Source of the DNA: a phage
Sequence record: PQ821741.1
Reading direction: 5' to 3' (one strand)
Length of the DNA: 40,867 nucleotides
Shown here: one piece after another, positions 7,801-18,307 of the stretch
Position numbering within the stretch: position 1 is the first letter of the stretch
How the letters are laid out: each line of letters opens with the position of its first letter
The notes under the pieces: generated by a model
Told to the model about the DNA's origin: nothing
Databases searched by the model: none
What the model saw: only the letters and a program-made list of their open reading frames with translations
Made by a program: the position numbers and the translations under genes

Positions 7801-8863
7801 AACAATGCCATTTAAAGCTGTGTCTTTCGTAGAGTCTGCCATTAAGAAAGCTCTGGACAACGCTGGGTATCTTATAGCCGACATCAAGTACGATGGTGTA
7901 CGCGGGAACATCTGCGTAGACAATACCGCTAACAGTTGCTGGCTCTCTCGTGTATCAAAAACGATTCCGGCGCTTTCTTACCTTAATGGGTTCGATACAC
8001 GTTGGCAGCGTCTACTAAAGGATGACCGTTGCTTCTACCCTGATGGCTTCATGCTGGATTGCGAACTTATGGTCAAGGGAGTGGACTTCAATACTGGCTC
8101 CGGCCTTCTGCGGACCAAGTGGCTCAACAAGAAGAACATGCAATTCGATATTGGCGGCCCATATGAATCGTGGGACGCGAGCATGAAGGGACTTCCTTTC
8201 GGCCTTGACCCGAACTTACTAACAGTCAAGCTGTACGCCATCCTTCCGCTGCACATCGTGGAGTCTGGAGAAGACTGTGACGTTATGACGTTGCTAATGC
8301 AGGAACACGTTAAGAACATGCTGCCTCTGCTACAGGAATACTTCCCTGAAATCGAATGGCAAGCGGCTGAGTCTTACGAGGTCTACGACATGGTTGAACT
8401 ACAGCAACTGTACGAGAAGAAGCGTGAAGAAGGTCATGAGGGTCTCATTGTGAAAGACCCGATGTGTATCTATAAGCGCGGCAAGAAGTCCGGCTGGTGG
8501 AAGATGAAGCCAGAGAATGAGGCCGATGGTGTCGTTGTGGGACTCAACTGGGGAACTCCCGGTCTTGCCAACGAGGGAAAGGTGATTGGCTTCGAGGTTC
8601 TCCTTGAGTCTGGTCGAGTGGTATCCGCCAACAACATCTCTCAGGCACTTATGGAGGAGTTCACTAAGACTGTAGCTGAGGCAAGCGGTTACACACTAAC
8701 AGGTGGACCCGTAGTAATTCAAGATGGTCAACCAAAGGTCAACCCTTACGAGGGCTGGGCGTGCCAGATTAGCTACATGGAGGAAACCCCAGACGGCTCT
8801 CTGCGTCACCCATCGTTCGTAATGTTCCGTGGCACCGAGGACAACCCTCAAGAGAAAATGTAA
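7790..8863 (+). CDS. 1.3: ATP-dependent DNA ligase
   Basis: 357 aa; KYDGVRG adenylation motif; C-terminus ...DGSLRHPSFVMFRGTEDNPQEKM as T7 ligase. Confidence 0.95.
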   Translation: MQIKTMPFKAVSFVESAIKKALDNAGYLIADIKYDGVRGNICVDNTANSCWLSRVSKTIPALSYLNGFDTRWQRLLKDDRCFYPDGFMLDCELMVKGVDFNTGSGLLRTKWLNKKNMQFDIGGPYESWDASMKGLPFGLDPNLLTVKLYAILPLHIVESGEDCDVMTLLMQEHVKNMLPLLQEYFPEIEWQAAESYEVYDMVELQQLYEKKREEGHEGLIVKDPMCIYKRGKKSGWWKMKPENEADGVVVGLNWGTPGLANEGKVIGFEVLLESGRVVSANNISQALMEEFTKTVAEASGYTLTGGPVVIQDGQPKVNPYEGWACQISYMEETPDGSLRHPSFVMFRGTEDNPQEKM

Positions 8864-8865
8864 AC

Positions 8866-8900
8866 ACACTGGCTCACCTTAGGGTGGGCCTTTCTGCGTT
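8866..8900 (+). terminator. Early terminator TE (rho-independent)
   Basis: ggctcacc-ttag-ggtgggcc hairpin followed by tttctgcgttt. Confidence 0.85.
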
Positions 8901-8923
8901 TAATACGACTCACTAAAGGAGGT
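8901..8923 (+). promoter_or_regulatory. T7 promoter phi1.5
   Basis: taatacgactcactaaaggaggt. Confidence 0.85.
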
Positions 8924-8930
8924 ACACACC

Positions 8931-9077
8931 ATGATGTACTTAATACCATTATTCATCCCTTACGAGGGCTGGGCGTGCCAGATTAGCTACATGGAGGAAA
9001 CCCCAGACGGCTCTCTGCGTCACCCATCGTTCGTAATGTTCCGTGGCACCGAGGACAACCCTCAAGAGAAAATGTAA
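8931..9077 (+). pseudogene. Chimeric ORF from the duplication: 9 N-terminal codons of the small gene fused in frame to the last 39 codons of ligase
   Basis: MMYLIPLFI + PYEGWACQISYMEETPDGSLRHPSFVMFRGTEDNPQEKM; has the native RBS ggagg. Confidence 0.6.
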
Positions 9078-9079
9078 AC

Positions 9080-9114
9080 ACACTGGCTCACCTTAGGGTG
9101 GGCCTTTCTGCGTT
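9080..9114 (+). terminator. Second copy of TE terminator (in duplication)
   Basis: Identical to 8866-8900. Confidence 0.8.
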
Positions 9115-9137
9115 TAATACGACTCACTAAAGGAGGT
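9115..9137 (+). promoter_or_regulatory. Second copy of phi1.5 promoter (in duplication)
   Basis: Identical to 8901-8923. Confidence 0.8.
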
Positions 9138-9144
9138 ACACACC

Positions 9145-9234
9145 ATGATGTACTTAATACCATTATTCATCGTCATCCTAGGATGCCTTGCGCTCACCTG
9201 TAGCGACGACGATATGCCAGATGGTCACGCTTAA
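9145..9234 (+). CDS. Small protein, gene 1.4/1.5-like (29 aa)
   Basis: MMYLIPLFIVILGCLALTCSDDDMPDGHA; RBS aggagg. Confidence 0.7.
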   Translation: MMYLIPLFIVILGCLALTCSDDDMPDGHA

Positions 9235-9254
9235 TACGACTCACTAAAGGAGAC
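9232..9254 (+). promoter_or_regulatory. T7 promoter phi1.6
   Basis: taatacgactcactaaaggagac. Confidence 0.85.
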
Positions 9255-9259
9255 ACTAT

Positions 9260-9520
9260 ATGTTCCAACTTCATTACAACAAAAGCATTAAGAGTTTCAC
9301 GGTTCGCCGTGCTGACCGCTCAATCCTATGTGCGAGCGAACGTCGAGCTAAGTTACCTCTTATTGGTGACACAGTTCCTTTGGCACCGAGCGTCCACATC
9401 ATTATCACTCGTGGTGACTTTGAGAAAGCAATAGACAAGAAACGTCCGGTTCTTAGTGTGGCTGTGACCCGCTTCCCGTTCGTCCGTCTGTTACTCAAAC
9501 GTATCAAGGAGGTGTTCTGA
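9260..9520 (+). CDS. 1.6: Gene 1.6 protein
   Basis: 86 aa [21 protein letters not shown]...LLKRIKEVF. Confidence 0.85.
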   Translation: MFQLHYNKSIKSFTVRRADRSILCASERRAKLPLIGDTVPLAPSVHIIITRGDFEKAIDKKRPVLSVAVTRFPFVRLLLKRIKEVF

Positions 9521-10043
9521 TGGGATGCATAGCGTGCTTAGAGAAAGACGACCGTTACCCACATACCTGTAATAAAGGAGCTAACGATATGACCGAACGT
9601 GAACAAGAGATTATCATTAAGTTAATAGACAATAACGAAGGTCGCCCAGATGATTTGAATGGCTGCGGACTACTCTGCTCTAATGTCCCTTGTCACCTCT
9701 GCCCAGCAAATAACAATCAAAAGATAACCTTAGGTGAAATCCGAGCGATGGACCCACGTAAACCTAAACTGGATAAACCAGAGGTAACTCCTACAGATGA
9801 CCAGCAAGCAACCGAGTCAATCGAAGGTGTCACTAAGCCTTCCCATTACATGCTGTTCGACGACATTGAGGCTATCGAAGTGATTGCCCGTTCAATGACT
9901 CGTGAGCAGTTCAAAGGTTATTGCTTCGGGAACATCTTAAAGTACAGACTACGTGCTGGTAAGAAATCCGAACTGGCTTACTTAGAGAAAGACATGGCTA
10001 AGGCCAACTTCTATGGAGAACTCTATGAGCAACATAAAGACAA

Positions 10044-10056
<13 letters not shown>
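9520..10056 (+). CDS. 1.7: Gene 1.7 nucleotide kinase
   Basis: 178 aa; TGATG overlap with 1.6; matches T7 gp1.7. Confidence 0.85.
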
Positions 10057-10561
<505 letters not shown>

Positions 10562-10564
<3 letters not shown>

Positions 10565-10584
10565 TACGACTCACTATTAGGGAA
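10562..10584 (+). promoter_or_regulatory. T7 promoter phi2.5
   Basis: taatacgactcactattagggaa. Confidence 0.8.
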
Positions 10585-10629
10585 GACTCCCTCTGAGAAA
10601 CTAAACTAAACCTAAAGGAGATTAACATT

Positions 10630-11331
10630 ATGGCTAAGAAGATTTTCACCTCTGCGCTGGGTACTGCTGAACCTTACGCTTACATCTCTAAGCCGGACTA
10701 CGGCAACGAAGAGCGCGGCTTTGGGAACCCTCGTGGTGTCTACAAAGTTGACCTGACTATTCCCAACAAAGACCCGCGCTGCCAGCGTATGGTCGATGAA
10801 ATCGTGAAGTGTCACGAAGAGGCTTATGCTGCTGCCGTTGAGGAATACGAAGCGAATCCACCTGCGGTAGCTCGCGGCAAGAAACCGCTGAAACCGTATG
10901 AGGGTGACATGCCGTTCTTCGATAACGGTGACGGTACGACTACCTTTAAGTTCAAATGCTACGCGTCTTTCCAAGACAAGAAGACCAAAGAGACCAAGCA
11001 CATCAATCTGGTTGTGGTTGACTCCAAAGGTAAGAAGATTGAAGACGTTCCGATTATCGGTGGCGGCTCTAAGCTGAAAGTCAAGTACTCTCTGGTCCCG
11101 TACAAGTGGAACACTGCTGTGGGTGCGAGCGTTAAGCTGCAACTTGAATCCGTAATGCTGGTAGAACTGGCTACCTTTGGTGGCGGTGAAGACGATTGGG
11201 CTGACGAAGTTGAAGAGAACGGCTATGTTGCCTCTGGTTCTGCCAAAGCGAGCAAACCACGCGACGAAGAAAGCTGGGACGAAGACGACGAAGAGTCCTA
11301 CGAAGAAGAAGACGAAGACGGAGACTTCTAA
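10630..11331 (+). CDS. 2.5: Single-stranded DNA-binding protein gp2.5
   Basis: 233 aa; acidic C-terminal tail ...EEEDEDGDF. Confidence 0.95.
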   Translation: MAKKIFTSALGTAEPYAYISKPDYGNEERGFGNPRGVYKVDLTIPNKDPRCQRMVDEIVKCHEEAYAAAVEEYEANPPAVARGKKPLKPYEGDMPFFDNGDGTTTFKFKCYASFQDKKTKETKHINLVVVDSKGKKIEDVPIIGGGSKLKVKYSLVPYKWNTAVGASVKLQLESVMLVELATFGGGEDDWADEVEENGYVASGSAKASKPRDEESWDEDDEESYEEEDEDGDF

Positions 11332-11787
11332 GTGGCTGGCGCATACGCTGCGCGTGGTATCCGAAAGGTCGGGACATTCCGTTCCGGCCTAGAAGATAAG
11401 GTCTCTAAGCAGCTAGAGGGTAAGGGCATTAAGTTCGACTATGAACTGTGGAAAATCCCTTACGTTGTCCCTGCGAGCAACCATGTGTATACTCCAGACT
11501 TCCTGCTGCCTAACGGAATCTTCATTGAAACCAAAGGTTTATGGGAGAGTGACGACCGAAAGAAACACTTATTGATTCGCGAACAGTTTCCCGAACTGGA
11601 CATCCGTCTGGTTTTCTCAAGCTCGCGCACCAAGCTGTACAAAGGGTCTCCGACCAGCTACGGTGAGTGGTGCGAGAAGCACGGTATTCTGTTTGCTGAC
11701 AAATTAATTCCTGTGGAATGGCTCAAAGAACCCAAAAAGGAGGTGCCATTTGACAAGCTGAAACAATCGAAGGGAGGTAAGAAATAA
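11332..11787 (+). CDS. 3: Endonuclease I (Holliday junction resolvase)
   Basis: 151 aa, GTG start directly after 2.5 stop; ...PDFLLPNGIFIETKGLWESDDRKKHLL... Confidence 0.9.
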   Translation: MAGAYAARGIRKVGTFRSGLEDKVSKQLEGKGIKFDYELWKIPYVVPASNHVYTPDFLLPNGIFIETKGLWESDDRKKHLLIREQFPELDIRLVFSSSRTKLYKGSPTSYGEWCEKHGILFADKLIPVEWLKEPKKEVPFDKLKQSKGGKK

Positions 11788-12242
11788 TGTCGCGTGTACA
11801 ATTCAAACAACGTGAATCCACTGACGCAATCTTTGTCCACTGCTCTGCTACAAAGCCAAGTCAGAATGTGGGGGTCCGTGAGATTCGCCAGTGGCATAAA
11901 GAGCAAGGTTGGCTCGATGTTGGGTATCACTTTATCATCAAGCGTGATGGTACTGTAGAGGCGGGTCGAGACGAGATGGCTGTAGGTTCTCACGCTAAGG
12001 GCCACAATCACAACTCTATTGGTGTCTGCCTTGTAGGTGGTATCGACGATAAAGGTAAGTTCGAAGCTAACTTTACGCCAGCCCAAATGCAATCCCTTCG
12101 CTCACTGCTTGTCACACTTCTGGCTAAGTACGAAGGTGCTGTACTGAAAGCCCATCACGATGTCGCACCTAAGGCTTGCCCATCGTTCGACCTTAAGCGT
12201 TGGTGGGAGAAGAACGAACTGGTCACTTCTGACCGTGGATAA
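11787..12242 (+). CDS. 3.5: Lysozyme (N-acetylmuramoyl-L-alanine amidase, T7 RNAP inhibitor)
   Basis: 151 aa MSRVQFKQRESTDAIFVHCSATKPSQNVGVREI... Confidence 0.95.
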   Translation: MSRVQFKQRESTDAIFVHCSATKPSQNVGVREIRQWHKEQGWLDVGYHFIIKRDGTVEAGRDEMAVGSHAKGHNHNSIGVCLVGGIDDKGKFEANFTPAQMQSLRSLLVTLLAKYEGAVLKAHHDVAPKACPSFDLKRWWEKNELVTSDRG

Positions 12243-12243
12243 T

Positions 12244-12261
12244 TAATTGAACTCACTAAAG

Positions 12262-12266
<5 letters not shown>
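12244..12266 (+). promoter_or_regulatory. T7 promoter phi3.8
   Basis: taattgaactcactaaagggaga. Confidence 0.8.
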
Positions 12267-14017
<1,751 letters not shown>

Positions 14018-14081
14018 TCGAGTCTTGGATGACTTCAAGTGCCCTTGTGGTAATTGGGACTGCGATGGGTATAAATATCAT

Positions 14082-14104
14082 TAATACGACTCACTAAAGG
14101 AGAC
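14082..14104 (+). promoter_or_regulatory. T7 promoter phi4.3
   Basis: taatacgactcactaaaggagac. Confidence 0.85.
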
Positions 14105-14111
14105 ACACACC

Positions 14112-14324
14112 ATGTTCAAACTGATTAAGAAATTAGGCCAACTGCTGGTCCGTATGTACAACGTGGAAGCCAAGCGTCTGAACGATGAGGCTCGTAAAGA
14201 GTCCACTCAGTCACGCGCTCTTGCTATTCGAGCCAACGAACTGGCTGACAGTGCATCCAATAAGGTTACAGAAGCTGCCCGTGTAGCCAACCAAGCCCAG
14301 CAACTTTCCAAATTCTTTGAGTAA
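14112..14324 (+). CDS. 4.3: Gene 4.3 protein
   Basis: 70 aa MFKLIKKLGQLLVRMYNVEAKRLNDEARKE... Confidence 0.85.
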   Translation: MFKLIKKLGQLLVRMYNVEAKRLNDEARKESTQSRALAIRANELADSASNKVTEAARVANQAQQLSKFFE

Positions 14325-14343
14325 TCAAACAGGAGAAACCATT

Positions 14344-14607
14344 ATGTCAAACGTAGCTGAAACTATCCGCTTATCCGATACCGCTGACCAGTGGAACCGT
14401 CGAGTCCACATCAACGTCCGCAACGGTAAGGCGACTATGGTTTACCGCTGGAAGGACTCTAAGTCCTCTAAGAATCACACTCAGCGTATGACGTTGACAG
14501 ATGAGCAAGCACTGCGTCTGGTCAATGCGCTTACCAAAGCTGCCGTGACAGCAATCCATGAGGCTGGTCGCGTAGATGAAGCTATGGCTATCCTCGAAAA
14601 GATTTGA
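14344..14607 (+). CDS. 4.5: Gene 4.5 protein
   Basis: MSNVAETIRLSDTADQWNRRVHINVRNGKATMVYRW... Confidence 0.8.
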   Translation: MSNVAETIRLSDTADQWNRRVHINVRNGKATMVYRWKDSKSSKNHTQRMTLTDEQALRLVNALTKAAVTAIHEAGRVDEAMAILEKI

Positions 14608-14614
14608 TAGCTAA

Positions 14615-14660
14615 GAGTGGTATACTCAAGGTCGCCCAAGTGGTGGCCTTCATGAATATT
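14615..14660 (+). promoter_or_regulatory. RNase III site R4.7
   Basis: actcaaggtcgcccaagtggtggccttcatgaatatt. Confidence 0.55.
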
Positions 14661-14681
14661 ATTCGACTCACTATAGGAGGT
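14659..14681 (+). promoter_or_regulatory. T7 promoter phi4.7
   Basis: attcgactcactataggagg. Confidence 0.75.
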
Positions 14682-14687
14682 ATTACC

Positions 14688-15101
14688 ATGCGTGACCCTA
14701 AAGTTATCCAAGCAGAAATCGCTAAGTTGGAAGGTGAGCTAGCCGATGTACTGGCCCACGAGTCCATGACGCGCTCGGCTGTCCACATCTTGAAGAACTT
14801 AGGGTGGACTTGGACTCGTAAAGGTGGCTGGAAGAAACCTGAACCGAAGATGGACTTTAAGACGTTCGATAAGGACTCAATGACCCACATAAAGGCTGGT
14901 GATTGGGTTAAGATTGACACTGGAATAACTGGAGGATATGGCTACGTGAGGAACGTAAGCGGTAATATTGCGCGAGTCTCGTTTGTAGAACGCGTAACTT
15001 TCGCTGGTGCTGTGGTCCAAGAGTCGTCCAGAATGTACAATACTAACTACCTGAAAGTTGTATCTCATACCGAAATCGTTCGTGCTCTGACAGGTAAGTA
15101 A
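14688..15101 (+). CDS. 4.7: Gene 4.7 protein
   Basis: 137 aa MRDPKVIQAEIAKLEGELADVLAHE... Confidence 0.8.
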   Translation: MRDPKVIQAEIAKLEGELADVLAHESMTRSAVHILKNLGWTWTRKGGWKKPEPKMDFKTFDKDSMTHIKAGDWVKIDTGITGGYGYVRNVSGNIARVSFVERVTFAGAVVQESSRMYNTNYLKVVSHTEIVRALTGK

Positions 15102-15120
15102 TCAAATAGGAGAAATCAAT

Positions 15121-17352
15121 ATGATCGTTTCTGACATCGAAGCTAACGCCCTCTTAGAGAGCGTCACTAAGTTCCACTGCGGGGTTATCTACGACTACTC
15201 TACCGCTGAGTACGTAAGCTACCGTCCGAGTGACTTCGGTGCGTATCTGGATGCGCTGGAAGCCGAGGTTGCACGAGGCGGTCTTATTGTGTTCCACAAC
15301 GGTCACAAGTATGACGTTCCTGCATTGACAAAACTGGCAAAGCTGCAATTGAACCGAGAGTTCCACATTCCTCGTGAGAACTGTATCGACACCCTTGTGC
15401 TGTCACGCTTGATTCACTCTAACCTCAAGGACACCGACATGGGTCTTCTGCGTTCCGGTAAACTTCCGGGTAAACGCTTTGGGTCTCACGCTTTGGAGGC
15501 GTGGGGTTATCGCTTAGGCGAGATGAAGGGTGAATACAAGGACGACTTTAAGCGTATGCTTGAAGAGCAGGGTGAAGAATACGTTGACGGAATGGAGTGG
15601 TGGAACTTCAACGAAGAGATGATGGCCTATAACGTTCAGGACGTTGTGGTCACTAAGGCTCTCCTTGAGAAATTACTGTCAGACAAGCACTATTTCCCTT
15701 TAGGTTTAGAGCACGTTAATTATGATTCTATAATCTTTTGGAAAGACTCTATCGAAGCTATTGATGTTGAACATAGAGCAGCTTGGTTGTTAGCTAAACA
15801 GGAGCGTAATGGTTTCCCATTTGACGCTAAGGCAATCGAGGAGTTGTACGTAGAGTTAGCTGCTCGCCGCTCTGAGTTGCTCCGCAAATTGACCGAAACG
15901 TTCGGCTCATGGTATCAGCCCAAAGGTGGCACCGAAATGTTCTGCCATCCGAGGACTGGTAAGCCACTGCCCAAATACCCTCGCATTAAGACACCTAAAG
16001 TTGGTGGTATCTTTAAGAAGCCTAAGAACAAGGCACAGCGAGAAGGCCGTGAGCCTTGCGAACTGGATACCCGCGAGTACGTTGCTGGTGCCCCTTACAC
16101 CCCAGTTGAGCATGTAGTGTTTAACCCATCGTCTCGTGACCACATCCAGAAGAAACTCCAAGAGGCTGGATGGGTCCCAACCAAGTACACCGATAAGGGT
16201 GCGCCTGTGGTGGACGATGAGGTACTCGAAGGAGTACGTGTAGATGACCCTGAGAAGCAAGCTGCAATCGACCTCATTAAAGAATACTTGATGATTCAGA
16301 AGCGAATCGGACAGTCTGCTGAGGGAGACAAGGCGTGGCTTCGTTACGTTGCCGATGATGGTAAGATTCACGGCTCTGTAAACCCTAACGGGGCAGTTAC
16401 TGGTCGCGCTACCCATGCTTTCCCCAACCTTGCGCAAATTCCGGGTGTGCGTTCACCTTATGGAGAGCAGTGTCGCGCTGCTTTTGGTGCTGAACATCAC
16501 CTAGACGGTATTACTGGTAAGCCTTGGGTTCAGGCGGGTATCGACGCATCCGGTCTGGAACTACGCTGCTTGGCCCACTTCATGGCTCGCTTTGATAACG
16601 GCGAGTACGCTCACGAGATTCTTAATGGAGACATCCACACTAAGAACCAGATGGCTGCCGACGCATCCGGTCTGGAACTACGCTGCTTGGCCCACTTCAT
16701 GGCTCGCTTTGATAACGGCGAGTACGCTCACGAGATTCTTAATGGAGACATCCACACTAAGAACCAGATGGCTGCCGAATTGCCTACCCGTGATAACGCC
16801 AAGACGTTCATCTATGGGTTCCTCTACGGTGCTGGCGATGAGAAGATTGGGCAGATTGTCGGTGCTGGTAAAGAGCGTGGTAAGGAACTCAAGAAGAAAT
16901 TCCTTGAGAACACCCCTGCGATTGCGGCACTCCGAGAGTCTATCCAACAGACACTTGTTGAGTCCTCTCAGTGGGTAGCTGGCGAACAGCGAGTCAAGTG
17001 GAAACGCCGCTGGATTAAAGGTCTGGATGGTCGCAAGGTACACGTTCGTAGTCCTCACGCTGCCCTGAATACCCTACTGCAATCCGCTGGTGCGCTCATC
17101 TGCAAACTGTGGATTATCAAGACCGAAGAGATGCTCGTAGAGAAAGGCTTGAAGCATGGCTGGGATGGGGACTTTGCGTACATGGCGTGGGTCCACGATG
17201 AAATCCAAGTGGGTTGTCGTACCGAAGAGATTGCTCAGGTGGTCATTGAGACAGCACAAGAAGCGATGCGCTGGGTTGGAGACCACTGGAACTTCCGGTG
17301 TCTTCTGGATACAGAAGGTAAGATGGGTCCTAATTGGGCCGTATGTCACTAA
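15121..17352 (+). CDS. 5: DNA polymerase (family A), carrying an internal 39-aa in-frame tandem duplication
   Basis: 743 aa against 704 in T7; otherwise near-identical to T7 gp5. Confidence 0.95.
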   Translation: MIVSDIEANALLESVTKFHCGVIYDYSTAEYVSYRPSDFGAYLDALEAEVARGGLIVFHNGHKYDVPALTKLAKLQLNREFHIPRENCIDTLVLSRLIHSNLKDTDMGLLRSGKLPGKRFGSHALEAWGYRLGEMKGEYKDDFKRMLEEQGEEYVDGMEWWNFNEEMMAYNVQDVVVTKALLEKLLSDKHYFPLGLEHVNYDSIIFWKDSIEAIDVEHRAAWLLAKQERNGFPFDAKAIEELYVELAARRSELLRKLTETFGSWYQPKGGTEMFCHPRTGKPLPKYPRIKTPKVGGIFKKPKNKAQREGREPCELDTREYVAGAPYTPVEHVVFNPSSRDHIQKKLQEAGWVPTKYTDKGAPVVDDEVLEGVRVDDPEKQAAIDLIKEYLMIQKRIGQSAEGDKAWLRYVADDGKIHGSVNPNGAVTGRATHAFPNLAQIPGVRSPYGEQCRAAFGAEHHLDGITGKPWVQAGIDASGLELRCLAHFMARFDNGEYAHEILNGDIHTKNQMAADASGLELRCLAHFMARFDNGEYAHEILNGDIHTKNQMAAELPTRDNAKTFIYGFLYGAGDEKIGQIVGAGKERGKELKKKFLENTPAIAALRESIQQTLVESSQWVAGEQRVKWKRRWIKGLDGRKVHVRSPHAALNTLLQSAGALICKLWIIKTEEMLVEKGLKHGWDGDFAYMAWVHDEIQVGCRTEEIAQVVIETAQEAMRWVGDHWNFRCLLDTEGKMGPNWAVCH
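16542..16775 (+). repeat. Exact in-frame tandem duplication, 117-bp unit (16542-16658 and 16659-16775)
   Basis: 120 nt identity at offset 117 with cga microhomology; encodes DASGLELRCLAHFMARFDNGEYAHEILNGDIHTKNQMAA twice. Confidence 0.95.
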
Positions 17353-17814
17353 TTCTAAAGGAGAAATTATTATGGCTATGACCAAGAAATTTAAAGTGTC
17401 CTTCGATGTTACCGCTAAGATGCCATCTGACGTTCAGGCAATCTTAGAGAAAGACATGCTACACCTGTGTAAGCAGGTTGGCTCCGGTGCTATCGTGCCA
17501 GATGGTAAACAGAAGGAAATGATTGTACAGTTCCTGACATATGGTTGGAGACCACTGGAACTTCCGGTGTCTTCTGGATACAGAAGGTAAGATGGGTCCT
17601 AATTGGGCCGTATGTCACTAATTCTAAAGGAGAAATTATTATGGCTATGACCAAGAAATTTAAAGTGTCCTTCGATGTTACCGCTAAGATGCCATCTGAC
17701 GTTCAGGCAATCTTAGAGAAAGACATGCTACACCTGTGTAAGCAGGTTGGCTCCGGTGCTATCGTGCCAGATGGTAAACAGAAGGAAATGATTGTACAGT
17801 TCCTGACATATGGT
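17277..17814 (+). repeat. Exact tandem duplication, 269-bp unit (17277-17545 and 17546-17814)
   Basis: 272 nt identity at offset 269 with ggt microhomology; spans gene 5 3' end, intergenic RBS and 5' 56 codons of gene 5.5. Confidence 0.95.
17372..17590 (+). pseudogene. Truncated gene 5.5 copy fused out of frame to a duplicated gene 5 tail (72 aa)
   Basis: First 56 codons identical to gene 5.5, then frame-shifted tail WRPLELPVSSGYRR*. Confidence 0.7.
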
Positions 17815-17940
17815 ATGGAAGGTGTGATGACGTTCGTAGTGCGTACAGCGTTTCGTGAGGCCATCAAGGACATGCACGAAGAGTATGCCGATAAGGACTC
17901 CTTCAAACTATCTCCTGCAACAGTACGGGAGGTGTTCTAA
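17641..17940 (+). CDS. 5.5: Gp5.5 (H-NS-binding protein)
   Basis: 99 aa MAMTKKFKVSFDVTAKM...SPATVREVF. Confidence 0.9.
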   Translation: MAMTKKFKVSFDVTAKMPSDVQAILEKDMLHLCKQVGSGAIVPDGKQKEMIVQFLTYGMEGVMTFVVRTAFREAIKDMHEEYADKDSFKLSPATVREVF

Positions 17941-18149
17941 TGTCCGACTACCTGAAAGTGCTGCAAGCAATCAAAAGTTGCCCTAAGACTTTCCAGTCCA
18001 ACTATGTACGGAACAATGCGAGCCTCGTAGCGGAGGCCGCTTCCCGTGGTCACATCTCGTGCCTTACTACGAGTGGGCGCAATGGTGGCGCTTGGGAAAT
18101 TACCGCTTCCGGTACTCGCTTTCTGAAACGAATGGGAGGGTGTGTCTGA
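17940..18149 (+). CDS. 5.7: Gp5.7
   Basis: 69 aa MSDYLKVLQAIKSCPKTFQSNYVRNNASLVAEAASRGH... Confidence 0.9.
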   Translation: MSDYLKVLQAIKSCPKTFQSNYVRNNASLVAEAASRGHISCLTTSGRNGGAWEITASGTRFLKRMGGCV

Positions 18150-18307
18150 TGGTTCGTGATACTGTAACAATTACTCGTGATGCATGGAACGATATGCAGG
18201 GCTACATCGACTCTCTGGAACGTGAGAACGATAGCCTTAAGAATCAACTTATGGAAGCTGACGAATACATAGTTGAGCTAGAGGAGAAACTTAATGGCAC
18301 TTCTTGA
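18149..18307 (+). CDS. 5.9: Gp5.9 (RecBCD inhibitor)
   Basis: 52 aa MVRDTVTITRDAWNDMQGYIDSLERENDSLKNQLMEADEY... Confidence 0.85.
   Translation: MVRDTVTITRDAWNDMQGYIDSLERENDSLKNQLMEADEYIVELEEKLNGTS

Larger units (their letters stand above)
8743..9170 (+). repeat. Exact tandem duplication, 214-bp unit (8743-8956 and 8957-9170)
   Basis: 215 nt identity at offset 214; covers ligase 3' end, TE, phi1.5 and first 9 codons of the next gene. Confidence 0.95.

Noticed and set aside
10612-11142. 176-aa ORF on the minus strand
   Set aside because: Antisense to the well-conserved gene 2.5 (SSB); a chance open frame.
15907-16437. 176-aa ORF on the minus strand
   Set aside because: Antisense to DNA polymerase gene 5; no support.
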